DNA from: an uncultured bacterium
GTDB lineage: Bacteria; Verrucomicrobiota; Verrucomicrobiia; Limisphaerales; UBA8199
Assembly: GCA_963749495.1 (NCBI GenBank)
Contig: CAVVMW010000021.1
Span: 512,001 to 576,000 of the forward strand
Direction of reading: 5' to 3'
DNA length: 64,000 nucleotides
How positions within the stretch are numbered: position 1 is the first letter of the stretch; every line of letters begins with the position of its first letter. Under the pieces are notes generated by a model that searched no databases, was not told the origin of the DNA, and saw only the letters and a list, made by a program, of their open reading frames with translations. A program made the position numbers and the translations under genes. Positions 21,486 to 29,271 of this stretch are shown here, one piece after another.

Positions 21486-22523
21486 ATGGCACGCGCTTTG
21501 CGAATTGAACGGGCGGGCGGGCGCTATCATGTGACCGCGCGCGGCAACGAGCGAAGGGCAATTTACCGGCAAGACTGCAACCGGGGCCACTTCCTGGAGC
21601 TGCTTGGTGAACTGGGTGAACGGTTTGGCGTACGGGTTCATGGCTACGTGCTCATGGAGAACCACTTTCACCTGCTGCTCGAGACGCCGGAAGCCAACCT
21701 GAGCGCAGCAGTGCAATGGCTCAACGTCAGCTACAGCGTCTGGTTTAATCGCCGTCATGGACGGGCTGGACACTTGTTCCAAGGACGCTTCAAGGCGGTC
21801 GTGGTCGAGGAGGATGCCGGGTGGCAGGAGGTGGGACGCTACGTGCATTTGAACCCGGTGCGAGTGGCGGCGCTAGGCTTGGACAAACGGAAGCAGGCGG
21901 CGGGCCGGTTGGGCACCGGGGTTGCGCCGACCACCGAATTGGTCGGCAAGCGCCTGGAGGTGTTGCGTGAGTGGCGGTGGAGTTCTTATCGCGGCTATGC
22001 AGGTTATTGTGCCCCGCCGGGTTGGCTGGTGCGGGAGCTTTTGGGACATTTGTCCGGCGGTCGCACTGAGGCAGAGCAACGGGCAGCGTTGCGCCAATAC
22101 ACCGAGGCCCCGCTGCGCCAAGGCGTGATAGAATCGCCGTGGCAGCGGCTGGTCGCCGGTTTCGTCCTGGGGAGCGAGGCATTTGCGCGGCGCTTGCGGG
22201 AGGAGGTGGGCGGGAACCGCCGCGAACAGGCGGCCGTAAGGCGACTGGCGCACCGAGTGAACTGGGAGGATATTGTATTGGCGGTGGAAAAGGTTAAAGG
22301 CCAGACTTGGCCGGAGTTCTGCGACCGATATGCGGATTGGGGCAGGGAAGCCGCCCTCTGGCTTGGGCGCAGGGCGGGTCGCCTGTCTTTACCGCAGTTG
22401 GCTCAATTGGCAGGCGGCATGGAGTACGACGCAGTGGCACAAGCCCTAACGCGCTTTGGGAAACGGCTGGAGCGGCACCCCGAGCTGCGCCAGCAAATGA
22501 CGCGCCTCCAGAACGCATTGTAA
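21486..22523 (+). mobile_element. HUH/Y1 RAYT-like transposase, copy 2
   Basis: Same length as copy 1. I spotted 4 substitutions by eye (D/N, D/E, C/R and one synonymous) and no indels. Confidence 0.92.
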
Positions 22524-22837
22524 AAATGTATAGATATGACCCCGATTTTCCGACTAACGCGCTTTGGGAAACGGCTGGAGCGGCACCCCGAGCTGCGCCA
22601 GCAAATGACGCGCCTCCAGAACGCATTGTAAAAATGTATAGATATGACCCCGATTTTCCGATTTCATTTTCTGTTCTTGACCGATTTTCCGATTTTCTGT
22701 GACCCCGATTTTCCGATTTTCTGTTCCAGCAAATGACGCGCCTCCAGAACGCATTGTAAAAATGTATAGATATGACCCCGATTTTCTTGACCGATTTTCT
22801 GTTCCGTGACCCCGATTTTCTGTTCCGATTTTCTGTT
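22516..22837 (-). repeat. Array of nested right-end copies (inverted relative to the left array)
   Basis: Three near-complete cattgtaaaaatgtatagatatgaccccgatttt copies (~22516, ~22624, ~22752). Two carry different lengths of transposase 3' sequence. Many ccgattttctgttc stubs are interspersed. Confidence 0.88.
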
Positions 22838-22994
22838 GAAGTAGGAAACGAAAAGAAAAGGGGTCAAATGAGAATGTACTATTTCATTGGCGGGCAAATG
22901 AAGGGCTCAATCCGTAACTTTTCATGTCGGCGGCGTTTGACGAAGGCGTCGAGGTCGCACCCAAGCGTTTGACAATCGCGGTTGACATTGTGTT

Positions 22995-23143
22995 GTCAAC
23001 TCGCCCCTGGTCGGCCAGATTGTCTTCGTTCTGAACGGCGTGACGCGCATGACGACGACCAAACAGTACGACTACCTGAACCGGCTGACCCAAATCTCGA
23101 CTGCCGACAGTGGACAGGGGACTGTGGACTCGCACGCTTACGC
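22995..23143 (+). pseudogene. RHS/YD-repeat gene fragment interrupted by a transposase end
   Basis: VNSPLVGQIVFVLNGVTRMTTTKQYDYLNRLTQIS...DSHAY contains a YDxLNRL YD-repeat motif and is cut off at caaatcggggtc (23145). Confidence 0.6.
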
Positions 23144-23144
23144 A

Positions 23145-23335
23145 CAAATCGGGGTCACATCTATACTTTTTTTACGATGTGTGTCCGGCTCACCAAATAC
23201 TCCGCATGGACATCCGAGGGACCGGTAAATCGGGGTCACATCTATACTTTTTTACAAGGGGCCGGTAAATCGGGGGCCGGTAAATCGGGGGCGGCAAATC
23301 GGGGTGACATCTATACTTTTTTACAATGTGAGTCA
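23145..23335 (+). repeat. Third array of left-type terminal repeats without a transposase gene
   Basis: Copies at 23151, 23252 and 23301 with ccggtaaatcgggg stubs between them. Confidence 0.85.
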
Positions 23336-23417
23336 CGGTCGCCAAATGCTCCGCAACAGTCCCGGATTTTCGCAGGTTCCCGGTTTCTGATTCCAGGGGG
23401 CCAGCATCCGCGGCGAC

Positions 23418-23500
23418 CCGAAGGCTGGAGTTTCACGGACCGTTACGACGCCCTGAACCGGCCCAAAAAGATGGTGTACGCGGCGGGCACGACGTCGTAT
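23418..23500 (+). pseudogene. Second RHS/YD-repeat fragment
   Basis: PEGWSFTDRYDALNRPKKMVYAAGTT contains a YDALNR motif. Confidence 0.45.
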
Positions 23501-23666
23501 GTGCATTCGGTCCTTCGTTTTCTTCGTTTCCTCCTGTTCTTTTCCTCCGTGTAACCGGCTGGGCGCCGGAAAAGAACAGAAGGAAACGGAAAAAACGAAG
23601 AGGTGGCCCGATGCGGCGGCACTCGACAACCTCGCCCTGGCTCGTTTCAGTACACCTTCCGGTGGC

Positions 23667-23711
23667 GGGGTCAGCCCTAGAAAAATGACGGTTGCGGCGT
23701 TTACTGACCCC
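23667..23711. repeat. 45-bp mini-element bounded by GGGGTCAG/CTGACCCC inverted repeats
   Basis: ggggtcagccctagaaaaatgacggttgcggcgtttactgacccc. Its right part recurs at ~18961-19011 and ~19466-19517. Confidence 0.7.
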
Positions 23712-24057
23712 TCCCAAGGGCGCGGCAGAGAAGGCGGCCTTGGCATGGTGGGTGCGGGAGCGCACGACCGTGCCGGGACGCTGGGTGAGCGAGCGCCTGG
23801 ACATGGGGCACTAAAGCCGGGTGGCACAGGCGGTGAGCCGGATGCTTCGGCGGCCCGGCCGCAAGCTGGAGAATCTCCGGCACAAGTTGGCCCAAGCCTT
23901 GAACTGCGAAAACTAAAGTCCACTCCACTCCACCACTCTCTGACTCCACGACGAGGCCGCCATCTCGACAATTCCGAGGTTAGCCTCGTCCTCGAGGGGA
24001 CCGGGCCGTGGGACTCCCGGCCCCGTTCGGCCATGCAGAGAGCCCCGCTTGCCTGAA

Positions 24058-24348
24058 TCACTCGTCCCACAACGCCTCCATGTCGCCCAAAGGGCGGCTG
24101 AAGGCGGCCTGTGCCGGCTTAACCACAAGCAGGTTTGCGGTGTGCTTGACACTCTTGGTGGCGGCTGCGAAGGGCAGACTCAGCACAAAAAAGACCGAGC
24201 CAATCGCGGTCGCGGCCACGCAAACCGGACGCGCCACAACCGCATCGAGAGCGACATAGACCGCCCCGCCATCAGAAGCAGAGGGCGAACCGGCGGTGCT
24301 CAGGGCAAGCGCCACCACACAGAATGCAGTTAGAACCTTTGTTTTCAT
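24058..24348 (-). CDS. Small exported/membrane protein
   Basis: Signal peptide MKTKVLTAFCVVALALSTAG, then DAVVARP..AATAIGSVFFVLSLPF...FSRPLG, a pattern seen in a widespread small hypothetical family. Confidence 0.7.
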   Translation of the reverse strand: MKTKVLTAFCVVALALSTAGSPSASDGGAVYVALDAVVARPVCVAATAIGSVFFVLSLPFAAATKSVKHTANLLVVKPAQAAFSRPLGDMEALWDE

Positions 24349-24522
24349 GCTCTCAGAAGGATCGACTGGGTTCGGGATTCTGTCGAACAAAATCTCGGCC
24401 CAGTTTCATCACCTTTGTCAACTTGCTTGTTTTTGCAGGGAAGGCGCTGGCAGGGTTGAGGGCGCGGAGCAAGGGACGGCGTTTGGGCATTTTCGTCATT
24501 CGTCATTCGTCATTCGTCATTG

Positions 24523-25794
24523 TCATTCGCCCCCCTTGCGCCGCTGGTGCAAGACCCCTCCGCCGTGTCTCTGCACCAGGACGCGGAAAGGCCGTCCGAG
24601 AAGCTGCGGATGTGTGAGGGTACGGAACTCGCGGGAGCAGCGCGGGGTCCATGGGTCGAAATCGGTTTGAGCTTGCCAAATCCGGGCGGCGATCCGGGTG
24701 AGAAACTCTTCCTGGGTCAGGAGGGCCTCGGTTTGCAGGCCCGCCGCTTCGCCTGCAGCGCGGATGGCGGAGAAATCCACGTGGGCAGTGATGTCCTGGG
24801 TGCCCGGATGGGCCAGGACGTCGCCGCTCTGGCGGTGGCGGGCATAGGCGCGGAGGGTGCCTTCAGGGCGCTCCGGCGCGAAGAACTGTTCCGTGCTCAG
24901 GCCGTAGTCAATCGTCACCAACCACCCTTGGGCGAGCACCTGGGCCGCCTCCCGCCACCAGGCCCGCGCCGCCAGGCCAACCTCGATGGTGAATCCATCC
25001 GGCAGGACGGCCAGCAACGCCTCCGGGCAGTCGAGGGGCGAGGGGCGAGGGGCGAGGGAGGGACCTGCGGAGTTGGGCGCCATCTCCGTCCACGCGAAGC
25101 TCCCACCTTCGACGGTCACGCCCAGTTCGACCCAGGCCCGCTCCCGGGCCTTCCACCGGAACCGATGGACCGGCATGGCATCGAGCATTTCGTTCGAAAA
25201 GAGAATGCCCCGGACTCCGGGCAGTTCAGCCAGCCCGCCGGCCCACCGGACGGTCCCGGAAAACTCAGCCAGCCGGCGTTGCTGCCAGGCGCGTCGCCGT
25301 TCCGAGGGCTCGGCGATGCAGTAGTGGAGGCGGGCAAGGAGCGCCGGCCGGCGGCGGCGCAACCAGCCCAGGATGTCTGCCGCCAGGCGCCCATCATGCG
25401 CCCCGGCCTCGACGATGGTCGCAGTGTCGAGCCCGGCCACATCCGGACACTGTGGACGGGCGGGGGCGCGGGCATTCTTGTCCGCATCGGGCGCCCCTGC
25501 GGGGCCGGCGGACGGGATTGTCCGCGCTCCGGTTGCCGCGCCAGGCCTGCGAGTGGGGGTCTGGGAGCCATCCATCCCTCCAAGCCAGTCGGCAAACTGC
25601 GCGGCCAGCAGTTGCCCGAAGAGGCTGCCGACACTGACGCTGGTGTAGAAATCCCCGCCCCGGCCCAGGATGTCTTGTTCTCTTTCATAATATCCATAAA
25701 CAGGACAATAGAGGGCCAGCTCCATGAAGCGGGCGAAGGAGATAACCCCGTGGGAGCGGATTTCGCCCGCGATTATCTCGGCAAGTTCGTTCAC
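24523..25794 (-). CDS. SAM-dependent methyltransferase, MidA/NDUFAF7 family
   Basis: ISFARFMELALYCPVYGYY...GDFYTSVSVGSLFG...VEAGAHDG...SNEMLDAMPV...IDYG...PGTQDITAHVDF. Start at GTG 25794. Confidence 0.9.
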   Translation of the reverse strand: MNELAEIIAGEIRSHGVISFARFMELALYCPVYGYYEREQDILGRGGDFYTSVSVGSLFGQLLAAQFADWLGGMDGSQTPTRRPGAATGARTIPSAGPAGAPDADKNARAPARPQCPDVAGLDTATIVEAGAHDGRLAADILGWLRRRRPALLARLHYCIAEPSERRRAWQQRRLAEFSGTVRWAGGLAELPGVRGILFSNEMLDAMPVHRFRWKARERAWVELGVTVEGGSFAWTEMAPNSAGPSLAPRPSPLDCPEALLAVLPDGFTIEVGLAARAWWREAAQVLAQGWLVTIDYGLSTEQFFAPERPEGTLRAYARHRQSGDVLAHPGTQDITAHVDFSAIRAAGEAAGLQTEALLTQEEFLTRIAARIWQAQTDFDPWTPRCSREFRTLTHPQLLGRPFRVLVQRHGGGVLHQRRKGGE

Positions 25795-25839
25795 GGCCTG
25801 GAGATTGCTGTGTTTGGAATGGCGGTTGCACCGGCATAT

Positions 25840-26934
25840 ATGGCAAAGATCGATGCATTCTTCAACCTCATGTTCGAGCAAAAGGCCTCGGACCTGCACC
25901 TGTCCTCGGGCAACCACCCGATGCTGCGCATCAACGGCGAACTGCACCGGGTGGACCATCCGCTGCTGGACAACGATGAACTCAAGAAGATGCTCTATGA
26001 GATCGCGCCCGAGTACAAGACCAAGGTTTTCGAAGAGACCGGGGACGTGGACTTCGGCTACGAGATATCGAACCTCTGCCGGTTCCGTGTCAATTTCTTC
26101 AACCAGAAGAACGGCGTTGCGGCGGCGTTCCGGCAGATTCCCACCCGGGTGCTCTCGTTCGAGGATTTCGAGAAGGTGGAGGCCCCGTTGCCGGCGGTGC
26201 TCAAGAAATTCGCGATGCTCAGCCGGGGCCTGGTCGTGGTGACGGGCCCGGCCGGGTCCGGCAAGTCCACGACCCTGGCCGCCATGGTGGATTACGCGAA
26301 CAAGAACCGGCGCGACCATATCATCACCGTCGAGGACCCCATCGAGTTCGTCCACGAGAGCAAGAACTGCCTGGTCAACCATCGCGAGGTCGGCGTCCAC
26401 ACCAAGTCCTTCGCCGCCGCTCTGCGCGGCGCCTTGCGCGAGAACCCGGACATCATCCTGGTGGGGGAGTTGCGCGACCTGGAGACCATCGAACTGGCCC
26501 TGGTCGCCGCCAGCACCGGCCACCTCGTCCTGGCCACGCTCCATACCCCCAGCGCCGCCAAGACCGTCGACCGCATCATCGATGTCTTCCCCGCCGACCA
26601 GCAGAACAAGGTCCGCGCCACCCTCTCCGAGGCCCTCAAAGGCGTGGTGGCCCAGAACCTTTTCAGGCGCGTCGACAAGAAAGGCCGCGTCGCCGCACTC
26701 GAAATCCTGGTCTTCACCACGGCCATCGCCAACCTCGTTCGCGAGGCCAAGACCCACCAGATCCCGGGCATGATCCAGGTGGGCAAGAGAATCGGCAACC
26801 AACCCCTGGACGATGCCATCATGGAACACCTGCGCATGAAGCGCATCTCCCCCGAGGAGGCCTACGACAAGGCCATGGACAAAAAACGATTCCGGGCCTT
26901 CCTGCCCCATCCCCCGGACGACGAGGAGACTTAG
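25840..26934 (+). CDS. pilT: Type IV pilus retraction ATPase PilT
   Basis: ASDLHL, Walker A GPAGSGKST, TVEDPIEF, LRENPDIILVGELRD, TGHLVLATLHT, AIANLVRE (AIRNLIRE-like). Confidence 0.92.
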   Translation: MAKIDAFFNLMFEQKASDLHLSSGNHPMLRINGELHRVDHPLLDNDELKKMLYEIAPEYKTKVFEETGDVDFGYEISNLCRFRVNFFNQKNGVAAAFRQIPTRVLSFEDFEKVEAPLPAVLKKFAMLSRGLVVVTGPAGSGKSTTLAAMVDYANKNRRDHIITVEDPIEFVHESKNCLVNHREVGVHTKSFAAALRGALRENPDIILVGELRDLETIELALVAASTGHLVLATLHTPSAAKTVDRIIDVFPADQQNKVRATLSEALKGVVAQNLFRRVDKKGRVAALEILVFTTAIANLVREAKTHQIPGMIQVGKRIGNQPLDDAIMEHLRMKRISPEEAYDKAMDKKRFRAFLPHPPDDEET

Positions 26935-26959
26935 TGGTCATGAACACTTAGGAACCCCT

Positions 26960-28166
26960 ATGCGCCGGCCTGAACTGGATTATCTGCTGACGACGATGCT
27001 GGAGTCGCAGCCCGAGGTGTCGGACCTGCTCTTCACCGTCGATCGGCCCCTGCAAGTCGAATCGCTGGGCGAACTCAAACGGGTCAACAGCAACCCGCCG
27101 ATCCAGCGGCTGACCCCGTTTCAGACCGAGACCATCGCGCTGAACCTCATGGGGGACAACCCCTGGCACATTGCCGACCTGCTGCGGCACGGCTCCTGCG
27201 ACATCTCCTACACCTTGAGCGGCAAGGCCCGGTTCCGCATCAACATCTTCTCCCAGCGGGGCTGTTACTCGGTGGTCCTGCGCCAGATCAACACGACCAT
27301 TCCCACCCTGGACTGGCTGCAGTTCCCGGACATCTTCAAGGAAATCCCTCGCGAAAAGACCGGGCTGGTCCTGATCACCGGCGCCACCGGCTCCGGCAAG
27401 TCCACCACCCTGGCCGCCATCCTCGACGAGGTCAATCACACCCGGGCGGTCCACATCGTCACCCTCGAAGACCCCGTCGAGTTCATCCACACTCAGGACA
27501 AGGCCACGTTCAACCAGAGGGAAGCGGGGACCGATTTCGACTCCTTTGCCAGCGGGCTGCGGGCGGCCTTGCGCCAGGCCCCCAAAGTCATCCTCGTGGG
27601 CGAGATGCGCGACCGCGACACCGTCAGAGATCGCCTTGAGCGCGGCCGAGACCGGCCAACTGGTCCTGAGCACTCTCCACACGATCAACGCCGGCCAGAC
27701 CATCAACCGCATCCTGGGCATGTTCGAGACCGATGAGCAGGAGCAACTCCGGGCCCGCCTGGCCGGCGCCTTGCGCTGGGTCGTCAGCCAGCGCCTGGTT
27801 CCCAGGCTCGGCGGCGGCCGCCACGCCCTCCTCGAAATCATGGGCTCCAACCTCCGCACCCAGGAGAGCATCCGCCTCGGCGAATCCGAGGGCAAGAGCT
27901 TCTACGAAATCATCGAGGCCAGCCAGCCCTTCGGCTGGCGCACCTTCGATTCCTCCGCCCTGGAGGCCTATGAGAAGGGCGTTATCGCCGAGGAGACCGC
28001 CCTGCTCTACTGCACCAAGCGCGGCCCCGTCGCGCGCGGCATCAATGCCGTCAAGAAGGCCCGCGGCGAGTCCACCACCGGCGTGCAAGCCCTGCGCATG
28101 AAGGGCAGCGTGGACTCCGCCAAGCTCGGCGGCCCGCCCCTGCCCTTCACCCTCAAAATCAAGTGA
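26960..28166 (+). CDS. pilU: Second PilT/PilU-family ATPase; frameshift at ~27625
   Basis: GATGSGKST, TLEDPVEF and LRQAPKVILVGEMRD in one frame; AAETGQLVLSTLHT...VVSQRL continues in the next frame. Confidence 0.8.
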
Positions 28167-28173
28167 GCCGCAA

Positions 28174-28665
28174 GTGCACAGCAACACCGAAAAACAGGGA
28201 TTCGATTTCATCAGCGCCACGGATAAGCCCGCCCTGGTGGCCTTCTCCACCCCCTCCTGGCTGGAGGCCGCCCGGAGCGCCCTCACCGAACTGGGCTACA
28301 AGGTCCATACCGCCGCCACTCACACCGATTTCCTGGCCCGCTTCAGCCAGATCCGTTACCAGGTGGTCATCCTCGAAGAGCGATTCGTCGCCAATGACAT
28401 CAGCGAAAACCTGACCTTGGAGGCCCTCCAGAACATGTCGATAGGGCAGCGCCGCCACGCCACCGTCATCCTGCTCGGTGACTCCTTCCAGACCTTCACT
28501 CCCATGGAGGCCTTCCAGCAGAGCGTCCATGTCGTCATCAACAGTTCCGAACTCTTCCTCCTGGGCCAACTCATCGAGAAGGCGGTCGCCGAAAACGACC
28601 TCTTCCTCCACGGCTTCAACCAGGCCCTGGCCCGAACCTACGCGGGCGACGGCGCCGAGAGTTAG
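28174..28665 (+). CDS. Hypothetical protein, degenerate receiver-like fold
   Basis: Good codon usage, operonic with pilT/pilU, alternating beta/alpha pattern (ELGYKVHTA...YQVVIL). Confidence 0.65.
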   Translation: MHSNTEKQGFDFISATDKPALVAFSTPSWLEAARSALTELGYKVHTAATHTDFLARFSQIRYQVVILEERFVANDISENLTLEALQNMSIGQRRHATVILLGDSFQTFTPMEAFQQSVHVVINSSELFLLGQLIEKAVAENDLFLHGFNQALARTYAGDGAES

Positions 28666-28739
28666 GACGCGTATCCCGAAGGGATCGGAATCACTCAGCC
28701 CTTCGGGCTACCGAGTTGGTGCCCCTCGGCTCTCTCTCC

Positions 28740-29147
28740 TCAATCTGTTGCACGCCCTGGCCCGGGGGTGCCCGGGTTCTCGGTGACCTGGTCGATCGCC
28801 CGGCGCATATCCTCGAGCAGAAACGGCTTGCCCATCACGTAATCGACCCCCGTCAAGGGACGGTCTTCCATCGCCAGGGCCTCCCCGTACGCGGTAACCA
28901 GGACGACAGCCTGACCCGGGTCCTGGGCCTTGATCGCCGCCGCCAACTCGTCGCCTCTCATGAATGGCATCGAGAAATCCGTCATGACGATGTTGAACCT
29001 CCCCTTCTCATAAAGGGCCAGAGCTTCCTTGCCGTTCCTGGCTACCTCGGCAAGGTGCCCGTCGAAGGCCAGCATCATCTTCATCGCATCGCAGACGAAC
29101 GGTTCGTCATCCACGATCAGGATCCGGCGTTTCTGAATTGCAGACAC
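28740..29147 (-). CDS. Single-domain response regulator (receiver)
   Basis: ILIVDDE, VMTDFSMPFMRG, VLVTAY, KPF. Confidence 0.9.
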   Translation of the reverse strand: MSAIQKRRILIVDDEPFVCDAMKMMLAFDGHLAEVARNGKEALALYEKGRFNIVMTDFSMPFMRGDELAAAIKAQDPGQAVVLVTAYGEALAMEDRPLTGVDYVMGKPFLLEDMRRAIDQVTENPGTPGPGRATD

Positions 29148-29271
29148 AAGGCGCTCCCAGATGATTGTTCAACGGTGCCAGTCGCATGAGTTTGTTCACC
29201 TCCGCCCGGCAAAGTCAACGGTAAATCCCAGGCGTGCTTGTCCTGCGGGGCATTTTGGAGAAGACTGAGAC

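Noticed and set aside
24520..26934. Two overlapping ~800-aa antiparallel ORFs
   Set aside because: Each is a real gene (MidA on -, PilT on +) extended by the stop-free antisense frame of the other, which is common in high-GC DNA.
27600..27650. Programmed ribosomal frameshift in pilU or other split genes
   Set aside because: No slippery heptamer is visible, and the window-wide indel density points to sequencing error.
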